Positions 26,327 to 35,746 of a DNA stretch of 64,000 nt are shown here, one piece after another. Positions within the stretch are counted from its first letter, which is position 1; every line of letters starts with the position of its first letter. Below the pieces are notes generated by a model, which worked only from the letters and a program-made list of their open reading frames with translations, searched no databases and was not told the origin of the DNA. This DNA comes from Candidatus Saccharimonadales bacterium (GTDB lineage: Bacteria; Patescibacteriota; Saccharimonadia; Saccharimonadales; UBA4665), in NCBI GenBank assembly GCA_036388555.1, contig DASVRP010000008.1, forward strand, positions 91,609 to 155,608, written 5' to 3'. The position numbers were made by a program, and so were the translations under genes.

Positions 26327-28285
26327 TCAATCTTTGACGAGGAACAGTCCGTCCCTGTCCGCCAGGGTGACCGTCGATATCACTGCCTGTCCGTTATTGG
26401 TCACCGCGTCCTGCCTGCCCTGGAAACGGTGGTATCCCGCGCCTATCGTCACCGTCTGTGCGCCGTTGCCCTTAGGGTTGACTAGTATCATGCCGCCGGC
26501 GAAGCGGCGGCGGTAGACGCCGTTCTGCCAGGCCGTCAGCTGCGGCCCGTCGGTTGCGGTGCCGAGCCACTTGGTCGTGCTGCTGCCGGCCAGGTCGAAT
26601 TCGTCGTACCACAGCACTTCATTGTAATTACTTGATACCGAGAAGTAGCCATCATCCAACAGCGAACTGGCAAAGGCGTAACGCAATGTCTGGTAATCCG
26701 TCGGCGCACCCCCGAGATAGGCGTCGAATACGCAGGCTTTGGGCGCCACGAGATTTGCTGTAGCCGTGCGATACCAGCCCATCATCAGATTCCAGCCGCC
26801 CCAGGTTTCAACTGACCAGCTCTCCCCGATGACATGCTCCAGGAAGGCGGCACCAACCAGGTTTTTATATTGTGTGAACGGTCCGGTGGCGCCGCCCGCA
26901 AAGACGCTGCCGTCGAGGTCATTATCCGCATTGATCATGATGATTTTGGACGGCTGCAGTGCCAGGGCGGTATCATAGTAGGCCCGCTGCCCATCACGCC
27001 ACAAGTCCTGTACGGCCGTTGAATTCGCATTGTCATTTACGCCGTCGCGGTCCCAGTCGTCATCGATACGGGGTTTGGCGAAGTTGTTGTCGGTGTACCA
27101 GATATCCCAGCCGGCGGTGCTGATAAGCAGGCTGTTGTCGCGCTTGGCCAGCCATTGCGGCCAGCGGTCACCATTAGCATCCGGCGTGGTCTGCAGTGTC
27201 AGATTGGTATCATGCACGGGATACGTTCCGCCTGACCAGTTGGTGCGCTGTCCGGCAGCATTATATCCCCACCAGTCACCGACGCCGCCCGGCCCGACTT
27301 CAGACGAAAGCTTGGCTCGCAGATCCTGGGTGGCGGTGTCATTCGTATCTGTCATCACTTCGGTCATGACCGTATAGTTGCCGAGCAGGATATCAGGATT
27401 ATACGATTTTATCTCTGTCACAACCTGCGCCGGACTTTTGCCGCCCTGTGACCACATGTTGTAGCAACCGAGAATTGCCAGATCGAGCTGGGCGATCTGT
27501 TGTTGGTAAGCCGTCTGATGGTAGTTGTGCGGGTCGCCGATGAGCATGCCACCGAGCCTCGGGAATTCCGTCAACGAACTGCTGCCGGGAGACGTCAGCG
27601 GATAGCCTGCGCTGCCTATCCAGGCACTGCCGTTCCAGATACGGGCATTGGCCGCAAACCAGGAGGAGCCGTTCCATATCCTGATGGCCGCACCCGGCAG
27701 ACTGACGGCGACTGCGGCTGCCGCGTTGAGCTCGGTGAGCGTCAGTACGCTGTTCCAGAGGCGCAGATTATCAACCCGGCCGCTCATCGGCTGGCTGGTG
27801 CTGCCGCAGACCTGCACGGTCAGGTCGAAACGTGGCACGGCCGTCGCGGCAGCATGGGTCTTGGTAGCGGTCAATGACCCGTTCGTATAAATCTTCGTCT
27901 GGTTAAGCGCGTTATCGTGCGTTACCGCAATGTTGTACCAGGTGCCGGTTGCCAGCGTCGCGCCAACCGCTTCGGGGTCAGATCCGCCCAGATAGGCGTC
28001 GAACACCCCCGAGCCGTTGAACTCCATATAGAAGCTGCCGACCTGGAGAATGGATGACCAGCCGCTCAGCGAGCTAATATAGACGTCGAATTGCAGTGAC
28101 CAGGTGCTGAGCACAGTTCCGATTGGGCCAGTAAACCTCTGGACGGCAGCCGCGCCTGCCGTACCAGTACCCCAGGCCGCTTCCCAGTTGACGGGTGTCA
28201 GGCTATAGCCGCCGACCTCCGATTTAGCGGTCGGGCCGGTGCCTTCATTAAAACTGAATGCCGAGAGTGGGGTCGGAAATGCCAT
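26327..28285 (-). CDS. LamG-like N-terminal domain + TIM-barrel-like putative glycoside hydrolase domain; no signal peptide
   Basis: 652-aa ORF. The N-terminal domain ends GRVDNLRLWNSVLTLTEL. The C-terminal ~420 aa are paralogous to 28931-30430 (PRLGGMLIGDPHNY..QQQIAQLDLAILG..). Confidence 0.6.
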   Translation of the reverse strand: MAFPTPLSAFSFNEGTGPTAKSEVGGYSLTPVNWEAAWGTGTAGAAAVQRFTGPIGTVLSTWSLQFDVYISSLSGWSSILQVGSFYMEFNGSGVFDAYLGGSDPEAVGATLATGTWYNIAVTHDNALNQTKIYTNGSLTATKTHAAATAVPRFDLTVQVCGSTSQPMSGRVDNLRLWNSVLTLTELNAAAAVAVSLPGAAIRIWNGSSWFAANARIWNGSAWIGSAGYPLTSPGSSSLTEFPRLGGMLIGDPHNYHQTAYQQQIAQLDLAILGCYNMWSQGGKSPAQVVTEIKSYNPDILLGNYTVMTEVMTDTNDTATQDLRAKLSSEVGPGGVGDWWGYNAAGQRTNWSGGTYPVHDTNLTLQTTPDANGDRWPQWLAKRDNSLLISTAGWDIWYTDNNFAKPRIDDDWDRDGVNDNANSTAVQDLWRDGQRAYYDTALALQPSKIIMINADNDLDGSVFAGGATGPFTQYKNLVGAAFLEHVIGESWSVETWGGWNLMMGWYRTATANLVAPKACVFDAYLGGAPTDYQTLRYAFASSLLDDGYFSVSSNYNEVLWYDEFDLAGSSTTKWLGTATDGPQLTAWQNGVYRRRFAGGMILVNPKGNGAQTVTIGAGYHRFQGRQDAVTNNGQAVISTVTLADRDGLFLVKD

Positions 28286-28299
28286 GGTGTCGTGTCGGC

Positions 28300-28842
28300 C
28301 TAGCTGGACGGAATCCAGATGTCCCCTGCTTGCAGGTCAATGTCCGACGGCGCGTTGGTAGATGCCGCGCCGCCCAGGAAAAAAGTCATGCGGGTATCAG
28401 CCGGCCGGTCCGGCCAGCCAGCGCTGTAGCGCAGGTAGCGCGGTGTATCGGCCAGTGGTGCTTTGGCGGCTAAATCGGTCGTGAGGTTGGTGACGGACGT
28501 CTGAGCGACAGCCGAAATCGTATTGCTGGCACCGTCGATAGTCTTGTTTGTCAGAGTCGCGGCAGCGCTATTCCTGGTAGCGTCGCTGGTGTTATCAACG
28601 TTAGCCAGGCCGACATCCGCTTTGGTGAGCGTGACCGCTCCGGTACGGGTATTGACGCTGTTGACGCCGGCTGGAGCGCTGGCATTCAGTTTGGCCTGGA
28701 CTGAAGTGTCGAGTTTGGCTTCGGTGACGATACCGTCTTTCAGGTTGCCGTCGGTGTTGTGGATTTGTTGGAGATAATCGTTAAGTACGGTACCCCATGT
28801 ACCGTCGTCTGAACCGGGTTGCGGTAATCGTGCCATTATCAC
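28300..28842 (-). CDS. Tail-fibre-like small protein sharing its N-terminal module with the 14065-16050 product
   Basis: 180-aa ORF beginning M(IM)ARLPQPGSDDGTWGTVLNDYLQQIHNTDGNLKDGIV. It has no signal peptide and lies 14 nt upstream of the 26327-28285 gene. Confidence 0.55.
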   Translation of the reverse strand: MIMARLPQPGSDDGTWGTVLNDYLQQIHNTDGNLKDGIVTEAKLDTSVQAKLNASAPAGVNSVNTRTGAVTLTKADVGLANVDNTSDATRNSAAATLTNKTIDGASNTISAVAQTSVTNLTTDLAAKAPLADTPRYLRYSAGWPDRPADTRMTFFLGGAASTNAPSDIDLQAGDIWIPSS

Positions 28843-28930
28843 TGTTCCTCGACTACATTAATCTGCTTATGCTACTGATAAGTTTGTTGTACGACCTGCC
28901 TCATGTCAAGCCGCCGGCGCTCATACGGCT

Positions 28931-30430
28931 TCAATTTTTTACCAGGAACAGCGCGTCGCGGTCTGCCAGCGTGACCGTGGACGTTACCGGCTGTCCGTTA
29001 TTGGTCACCGCGTCCTGCCTGCCCTGGAAACGGTGGTATCCCGGGCCGACAGTCACCGTTCTGGCGCCATTGCCTTTGGGATTGACCAGCACGATGCCGT
29101 TGGCGAACTGCCGTTTGTAGACGCCGCTCTGCCAGGCTGCGGTCTGGGGACCATCGACGGCCGCCCCCAGCCATTTGGTCGTGCTGGTGCCGGCCAGGTC
29201 GAATTCGTCATACCACGGCACGCTGCCGTAGTCGGATGATGCTGAGAAATAGCCGTTATTGAGCAGCGACGCCCCGAAGGCGTAGCGCAATGTCTTGTAA
29301 TCCGTCATCTTATCACCCATATAGACATCGAAGATCGCCAGCTGCGGCGCTGCCAGGTTCTGGAATATTTTGTGATACCAGCCCATCATCGTACTCCAGC
29401 CGCCCCAGGTCTCAGACGACCAATCCTTGCCGACGGCATGTTCCATGAACGCTCCGCCTGCCATGCCTTTGTACTGCGTGTACGGATTGGCTTCGGATGG
29501 AAACACGCTGCCGTCGAGGTCGCTGTCGGCATTGACCATCAGCATCTTGCCCGGCTGCAGGAATTTCGCTGTTGTATAGTAGGCCCGCTGCCCATCGCGC
29601 CAGAGATTACGAATCGTCTCATTGTCGGCACTGTCATTGGTGCCGTTGCGGTCCCAGTCGCCATTGGAGCGCGGCCGCCAGAAGTTGTTATCGCTGTACC
29701 ATATATCCCAGTTGGCTTTGCTGATGATATTGGTGTTGTCGCGCTTGGCCATCCACTGCGGAAAGCGGTCGCCATTACTGTCGGGAGTGGTCTGCAAGGT
29801 CAGGTTGGTATCATTGACCGGGTAGGTACCGCCGGACCAGTTCATCTTCTGCCCGGCCGCATTATATCCCCACCAGTCACCGACGCCGTTCGGGCCCTTT
29901 TCGGCGTTCAGTTTGGCGCGCAGGTCGGCCGTCGCCGAGTCGCTGGTACTGGTATATACTTCGGTCATCAGCGTGTAGTTCCCGAGCAAGATCTTCGGGT
30001 TACGGGCTTTGATCTCATTGACGGCCTGGGCCGGCGTCTTACCGCCGCTATTCCACAAATTGTACATACCCAGGATAGCCAGGTCCAGCTTTGCAATCTG
30101 TTGCTGGTAGGATGCCTGGTCATAGCCATGCCCGCCGATCAGCATGCCGGCCAGTCGCGGATACGCTGCCGACGACACCGGAGGCGTGGGTGCTGTGATG
30201 AATTTGACCGCTGAGCTGCCTGAAGCCGTCGAGTCAGTCACCCTCGTGGCCGTGCCGCTGGTGGTTCCGGACTCGGCTTCTGCCGACACTGATGCCGTCG
30301 CGGCCTGGGAACGCTGGAAGATGTATGTGCCGGCTAGCGCGCAGACTGCGACCACCACGACCGGTATGGCAATCCGGCGTAACGTATTCATAGTAACTTT
30401 CACGCTGACTCCCGTTTCACGAATATACAC
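28931..30430 (-). CDS. Secreted TIM-barrel-like putative glycoside hydrolase with shared N-terminal cassette
   Basis: 499-aa ORF; the likely start is MNTLRRIAIP at 30391. The cassette is AATASVSAEAESGTTSGTATRVTDSTASGSSAVKF. The remainder is paralogous to the C-terminal part of 26327-28285. Confidence 0.6.
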   Translation of the reverse strand: MYIRETGVSVKVTMNTLRRIAIPVVVVAVCALAGTYIFQRSQAATASVSAEAESGTTSGTATRVTDSTASGSSAVKFITAPTPPVSSAAYPRLAGMLIGGHGYDQASYQQQIAKLDLAILGMYNLWNSGGKTPAQAVNEIKARNPKILLGNYTLMTEVYTSTSDSATADLRAKLNAEKGPNGVGDWWGYNAAGQKMNWSGGTYPVNDTNLTLQTTPDSNGDRFPQWMAKRDNTNIISKANWDIWYSDNNFWRPRSNGDWDRNGTNDSADNETIRNLWRDGQRAYYTTAKFLQPGKMLMVNADSDLDGSVFPSEANPYTQYKGMAGGAFMEHAVGKDWSSETWGGWSTMMGWYHKIFQNLAAPQLAIFDVYMGDKMTDYKTLRYAFGASLLNNGYFSASSDYGSVPWYDEFDLAGTSTTKWLGAAVDGPQTAAWQSGVYKRQFANGIVLVNPKGNGARTVTVGPGYHRFQGRQDAVTNNGQPVTSTVTLADRDALFLVKN

Positions 30431-30492
30431 TCATTGTACTGCTTGTGGTTAGGACGTCAATGCACTTCACATATGCCCCCTAGGCTATTGCG

Positions 30493-31740
30493 CTACGGTG
30501 CGATCGGCGGTGCCAGCGGCTGACGCGGCGTTCCGCCGCCACCGATACTGGTGGCGGTATTATTATTGACGACATGCAGCGACGAGAACAGTTTCTGCAG
30601 ATCCTTTGACCACGGTGACTGGTCAGCCACCCTCTGCACGAACGGCACGCCGAAATCGGCCTGGAACTGCTGCGTGAAGATCCCGTCAGGGCTGACCTCC
30701 GTCGATATGGCATACGACGGACTGCCGCCGGAATCGACGATGTAGGCACCGTAGTTCTGCATGGTCCAGGCCAGCTGGCGGCCTGGCTCTGACAGCAGGC
30801 CCATGGTGTTGATGTTCACTGATGCCGGCAATGCCAGCAATGCGCCCATCTTCATGGCGGTATTCTGGTTATTATTCTCGGAGCCGTAGCTACTCTCCGC
30901 CCCGGTGTCAGCGCCGGGCGCCGGCCAGCGGAAACAGTCAGTGCGCACGGCGCAGTTATAGAGATCGCGTGGCGAGTAGACATTTATCTTGATGGCGTGC
31001 TTGACGCCCTGCTGGCCGGAGCGCATCTCACCAATCCGGATCGAGCCGCCAAGAGCCGACATCTTGGAGCCGCCGTGGGCACCACGGATGCCGTCGCCGT
31101 AGAGGTCAGTGTCCGGATAGGTCACGAGGCTGGTGGCAATACCGCCAGCGCTGCAGCGCGTGAACGGCTGCATGTGGGCGATCGTCCGCCCGTCAGGGCG
31201 CAGGACCGCCGCCGCGTAATTCTTGTTGCGGTTATTCGGTACGACAAAATTTGACGGTATCGGTACGGTCGTCAGCGTCGTGCTCTGCCCCGGGCAGCGG
31301 TCGGCGCCGGACCAGCCGGAGCTGTTGTACCTGACGGCGGTCAGCGGCGCCGTCGGCTTCAGGATGATGACATCCTCGTCAGCATCTGACAGCAGTGCCC
31401 ATATGTATCCGTCGCCCGGCGAAAATGGCAGATTGGCATGTACATACTGTGCCCCACTGCCGATCGGCATATTCCAGATACTGTTGCTGGCAAACGGCTG
31501 TTTCAGCGGATCACGCGCACCGCTGGCGGCTGCCGCAAAGCCGACAGCTTTACCGCCGGCAGCATTTGCATCATTGACGATTGAGGCCGGTGCAGTGATA
31601 GTGCCATGTTCCGGCTCGGCACTGATTGCCGTGGTTGCAGCATGCGACTGCAGCAGATAGGCACCGCCCATCATGCAGACGATTGCAACCACCACCCATC
31701 TGAGGCCGTGCGAACGCTTTCCCTTACCTGTACTTCTCAT
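30493..31740 (-). CDS. Secreted hypothetical protein with shared N-terminal cassette
   Basis: 415-aa ORF with a signal anchor, then AATTAISAEPEHGTITAPASIVNDANAAGGKAVGF. I do not recognise the domain that follows. Confidence 0.55.
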   Translation of the reverse strand: MRSTGKGKRSHGLRWVVVAIVCMMGGAYLLQSHAATTAISAEPEHGTITAPASIVNDANAAGGKAVGFAAAASGARDPLKQPFASNSIWNMPIGSGAQYVHANLPFSPGDGYIWALLSDADEDVIILKPTAPLTAVRYNSSGWSGADRCPGQSTTLTTVPIPSNFVVPNNRNKNYAAAVLRPDGRTIAHMQPFTRCSAGGIATSLVTYPDTDLYGDGIRGAHGGSKMSALGGSIRIGEMRSGQQGVKHAIKINVYSPRDLYNCAVRTDCFRWPAPGADTGAESSYGSENNNQNTAMKMGALLALPASVNINTMGLLSEPGRQLAWTMQNYGAYIVDSGGSPSYAISTEVSPDGIFTQQFQADFGVPFVQRVADQSPWSKDLQKLFSSLHVVNNNTATSIGGGGTPRQPLAPPIAP

Positions 31741-31800
31741 TACGCTTAAGTCTATAGGAGCCTGCGTACAGCTGCAACCGGTTACTCAGCCTAGGCGAGC

Positions 31801-34800
31801 CTACTGGGCTTTACGGAGCGCTATCGCCAGCACCGCACTGTCTATCTGTACTTGAGCCGTATAGCCCTCAGCCTGTGCTGCGCCGTCGGTCGTCAGTTCT
31901 TTTGCCAGCGTCTCAGCCTTGATCGTTTCCGTGTGTTCCTTGATTGCCTGCGCCAGTTCGGCATCATGCGTCACGAGGCTGAGGCTGATGCGGTCATCGA
32001 CGTCCAGCCCGGCCTGCTTGCGGGCGTTCTGGACCTGGCGGATGACTTCACGCATCTGGCCTTCGCGCCGCAGCTCGGGAGTTATCTCTGTATGCAATAT
32101 GACGGACGGGTCGTCATCCGCCCGCTGCTCCCAGCGCTCGAGAACCGGCTTGCTGACATCGGTGCCGGATTTGATGATGACTTGTTTCACATTGAGCTCA
32201 TCAGCGATGATATGTACCAGATCATCCCGATATTCATACGCCAGTTCACTATTTGAGTGTTTTACGGCTACGGACTGCAGGGGCTGACGGACTTTGATTT
32301 TTGCCTCAGCCCGCTGCGACAATCCAGCATTGATCGTGTCTCTGACAAATAGCATACTATTCAGGATGCGATTGTCGACCGTACCTGCCTCCGGCCAGTC
32401 ACGCAGATGCACCGATTCCCCGCCGGTCAGTTTGCGGTAGAGCTCCTCAGCCAGGAACGGCGTGAACGGCGCCAGGACATGCGCCAGACGAACCAGGACG
32501 TAGTGCAGCGTGCGGTAGGCCTGCTGCTTGTCCCCGTCATCCTCGGACTTCCAGAATCGGCGGCGGCTGCGGCGGACGTACCAATTGCTGGCATCATCCA
32601 GGAACGGCAGAATCGGCTTCATGGCATTCGGCAGGTCGTAGGCTTCCATGCCCGCCGATACTTCAGCGGTCAACTGGTGGACACGTGAGACGATCCAGCG
32701 GTCGAGCGGATTGGTCAGCGGACCGCCGGGTGCGTCGTCAGCCAAGGGATCAGCATATAGGCTCGGCTCGCCCTCTTCGGCGGCTGTTTCCGGCAGCGAT
32801 TCCCAGCCGTCCACCGAAGCGTACAGCGTAAAGAAATCGTACATGTTCCAGACCATGCTGAGCTTGCGGGCGACGTCGCCGACTTCCTTGTCCTGCAGGG
32901 CGAAATCCTCGCCGTTCAGCAGCGGCGAGCTGAGCAGCAGGAAGCGCAGGCTGTCGGCGCTGAATTTATCCATCAACTCGTTGGGGTCGGTGTAATTGCC
33001 GTATGATTTGCTCATCTTGCGGCCGTCATTGCCGGCGACGATGCCGGTGGTGATGACATTCTTGAAGGCGTTCTTGCCGAACAGCGCGACATTCACGGCA
33101 TGGACGTAGTAGAACCAGGCACGGACCTGCCCGACGTATTCAACGATGAAGTCACCGGGGAAATTCTGTTCGAACTTTTCGACATTCTCAAAGGGGTAAT
33201 GGAACTGCGCGAACGGCATGCTGCCGGACTCGAACCAGCAGTCCAGCACCTTGTCGATACGGGTGTAGTGGACACCGTCTATATCAAATGTGATGTCGTC
33301 GACCCACGGCCGGTGGTAATCGGCCAGCTCTTCGCCGCTCAGTTCCCTCAGTTCGGCATAACTGCCGACGACTTTGATATATTCATTGCCGTCCTTGTCG
33401 CGCGGGCTGCCGGAGGCATCGACACCCTTCCAGACCGGCATGGCCGTCGCCCAGAAGCGGTCGCGGCTGAGGTTCCAGTCCGGTGCCTGCTCCATCGTTT
33501 TTTGGAAGCGGCCGTGCTTGATATGCTCCGGGAACCAGTTAATCGGCTCATTCTTTTCCAACATCTGGCCGCGCTGGCCGGCGATATCCATAAACCAGCT
33601 GGGGTGCGCCCGGTACATCAGGCGGTTGCCGGTGCGCGGATTGTGCGGGTATTCGTGCTGGATGTAATCAATCTTCCAGACGACACCGCGCTCGTGCAGT
33701 GTTTTGGCAATCGTCTTGTTGGTTTCCCAGACGTCCATGCCCTTCCATTCCGTCTCGGTGTAGGCACCGTATTCATCGAGCACATGCACCGCCGGGAAAT
33801 TATTGGCCTTGGCTAGTTCGTAATCTTCCTCTCCGTAGACGGGAGCCAGGTGGACGATGCCGGTACCGGAATCTGTCGTCACGTAGTCAGCTGCCCATAT
33901 CTTGTGGGCGTTCTGATTGTCGGGCGTATTGCGGTCAGTAAATATCGGTTCGTAGGACTTACCAACCAGCTCAGTACCCTGCAGTGTGCGGTGTACAATA
34001 TAGTCGAGCACTTTGTGCTTGGCGTCGGTGAGGGCTTTGTCGAGGAGGTCGGTCGCCAGTATCAGGCGCTGTCCGTCTAGCTCGGCCTCGCTATATTCGA
34101 TCGTCGAGTTGACCGCCACGGCGGTGTTGCCCGGCAGCGTCCACGGCGTCGTCGTCCAGGCCAGCAGGTAGACCGGCTGGCCGTCATCAGTCTCGTCATC
34201 TGAGTCATTGATCAGCCTGAATTTCACATAGACACTCGGGTCGGTTACCACCTGATAGGCGCCGGCGTCCATGGTCACCTCGGCCTTACTGAGCGGCGTG
34301 GCCCACTTGGTGTCGTACATCAGGACGCGCTCGCCCTCGTAGATTTTACCCTTGTCGTAGAGCTGCTTGAAGGCCCACCAGACGCTCTCCATGTAGTCCT
34401 TGTCCATCGTTTTGTACGCGCCCTGGAAGTCCACCCAGCGCCCGATACGGTCAATTGTGTCTTCCCAAAGGCCGCTGGTCTGCACCATGCTCTCGCGGGC
34501 TGTGGTGATGTACTCGGCCAGGCTGACGGACGTGCCGATGGCGTGGCGGTCGGTGATACCCAGCTTCTTCTCGACGAAATTCTCAGCCGGCAGCCCGTGG
34601 CAGTCCCAGCCCCAGACGCGTTCGACCCGCCTGCCCCGCATGGTGTGGTAGCGCGGCACGGCATCCTTGACGATGCTGCTCAGCAGCGTGCCGTGGTGCG
34701 GCACGCCGGTGATGAACGGCGGTCCGTCGTAGAACACATAGGCACTATCGGCCGGCCGCATCCCGACCGATTTCTCGAATGTCTTGTTGGCCTTCCAGTA

Positions 34801-34860
34801 CTGGACGAGGTCCTTTTCGTATTCTAGAGCCCGGCGGCGAGTTCCTTTTTCAAATTTCAT
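31801..34860 (-). CDS. ileS: Isoleucine--tRNA ligase, type 2 (eukaryote/archaeal-like form)
   Basis: 1019-aa ORF with PPFITGVPHHGT (HIGH region), GWDCHGLP and KMSKS (GRKMSKSYGNY). It lacks the C-terminal zinc-finger region of type-1 enzymes. Confidence 0.9.
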   Translation of the reverse strand: MKFEKGTRRRALEYEKDLVQYWKANKTFEKSVGMRPADSAYVFYDGPPFITGVPHHGTLLSSIVKDAVPRYHTMRGRRVERVWGWDCHGLPAENFVEKKLGITDRHAIGTSVSLAEYITTARESMVQTSGLWEDTIDRIGRWVDFQGAYKTMDKDYMESVWWAFKQLYDKGKIYEGERVLMYDTKWATPLSKAEVTMDAGAYQVVTDPSVYVKFRLINDSDDETDDGQPVYLLAWTTTPWTLPGNTAVAVNSTIEYSEAELDGQRLILATDLLDKALTDAKHKVLDYIVHRTLQGTELVGKSYEPIFTDRNTPDNQNAHKIWAADYVTTDSGTGIVHLAPVYGEEDYELAKANNFPAVHVLDEYGAYTETEWKGMDVWETNKTIAKTLHERGVVWKIDYIQHEYPHNPRTGNRLMYRAHPSWFMDIAGQRGQMLEKNEPINWFPEHIKHGRFQKTMEQAPDWNLSRDRFWATAMPVWKGVDASGSPRDKDGNEYIKVVGSYAELRELSGEELADYHRPWVDDITFDIDGVHYTRIDKVLDCWFESGSMPFAQFHYPFENVEKFEQNFPGDFIVEYVGQVRAWFYYVHAVNVALFGKNAFKNVITTGIVAGNDGRKMSKSYGNYTDPNELMDKFSADSLRFLLLSSPLLNGEDFALQDKEVGDVARKLSMVWNMYDFFTLYASVDGWESLPETAAEEGEPSLYADPLADDAPGGPLTNPLDRWIVSRVHQLTAEVSAGMEAYDLPNAMKPILPFLDDASNWYVRRSRRRFWKSEDDGDKQQAYRTLHYVLVRLAHVLAPFTPFLAEELYRKLTGGESVHLRDWPEAGTVDNRILNSMLFVRDTINAGLSQRAEAKIKVRQPLQSVAVKHSNSELAYEYRDDLVHIIADELNVKQVIIKSGTDVSKPVLERWEQRADDDPSVILHTEITPELRREGQMREVIRQVQNARKQAGLDVDDRISLSLVTHDAELAQAIKEHTETIKAETLAKELTTDGAAQAEGYTAQVQIDSAVLAIALRKAQ

Positions 34861-35471
34861 ATGTTGTTTCCTTCCTGTATACGTTTATCGGGTTGCGCAT
34901 TTGGGTTTAGCCTCATCCACAGTAGCGGTAGGCCGTCATGCTCGAACTGTGAATCCGGAATGTCATCAAATCCATGTAACTCATAGAGCCGGCGGGCCGG
35001 CTTGTTGTAATCAACCACAGCTACGACTGTTGGCAGCTGCGGCTGGAGTGGCTGATGCTCCCAATCGAGATATTCGCTTAGTAGTCGCCTGCCGACACCC
35101 ATCTTCCGCAATCCCCGGCACACGAACAGCCGGTTGATTTCGCGCACCATTTCGCCATTGCCGCCATGCTCTGTGAACGGATGGATATCGGCTGAAATCA
35201 CTGCTTGCAGCTGCTGATCCTGGTCTTCGGCGACGACGAATAGGTTTTTACCGGGAATATTTCGGGCGGCGACGATATCCCGGGCGCAGCGCCATATCGC
35301 TGGTATCGAGGTGAGCCTGCTGTACATATTCTGCTGCCAGTTTTCATCAACACCATGTTCCGGACTGGTGTACGTGCGGCGGCCGTCGGCGACCAACAGG
35401 TTGACCGCGGCGGCATCCTCAGGCTGGGCAGTTCGGAACAATAATCCACTCATTTCTACCTGCTTATACAT
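34857..35471 (-). CDS. GNAT-family N-acetyltransferase
   Basis: 204-aa ORF. RGLRKMGVGRRLLSE is the acetyl-CoA binding R/Q-x-x-G-x-G/A motif. Its stop overlaps the ileS start by 4 nt. Confidence 0.65.
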   Translation of the reverse strand: MYKQVEMSGLLFRTAQPEDAAAVNLLVADGRRTYTSPEHGVDENWQQNMYSRLTSIPAIWRCARDIVAARNIPGKNLFVVAEDQDQQLQAVISADIHPFTEHGGNGEMVREINRLFVCRGLRKMGVGRRLLSEYLDWEHQPLQPQLPTVVAVVDYNKPARRLYELHGFDDIPDSQFEHDGLPLLWMRLNPNAQPDKRIQEGNNI

Positions 35472-35746
35472 AAAAAGTCACCTCATAGTGAATGTCAGAA
35501 CCCACGGCTGCCGTTATTGGCTATTGGGGCGGTACCATCTGACTTCCAAAAGAGATGACTGCTAAACGGGGTCAATCTTTGGCGCTTACTTGTCGCTGTG
35601 ACGGGCTCTCCCGGCGGGTTCTAGTTTCGCGGCGGTCCGCTGGCGGACGACCAAGATTTCTTCCCGCTGCTCGTGGTTGATAGCCACTTCGCTGATGCGC
35701 CGCCGGAGCGACCATCGCACGCAATACCGATAGCATAGCATATCAG

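Noticed and set aside
29372-30214. Long antisense ORFs in GC-rich genes: 29372-30214 +, 33100-33816 +, 44163-45047 +, 54432-55328 +, 54718-55602 +, 57670-58452 +, 60404-61129 +, 47757-48383 +.
   Set aside because: All lie fully inside well-supported genes on the opposite strand (hydrolase, ileS, surface anchor, nrdJ, ftsZ, map/adk). Their compositions are Arg/Ala/Gly-rich, typical of shadow frames in GC-rich DNA.
13975-30430. Prophage or phage-tail cluster, suggested by the beta-helix tailspike-like protein and tail-fibre-like N-terminal modules.
   Set aside because: The region contains no capsid, portal, terminase, tape-measure, baseplate, integrase or lysis genes. The neighbours are ordinary secreted hydrolases, so I report only the shared module.
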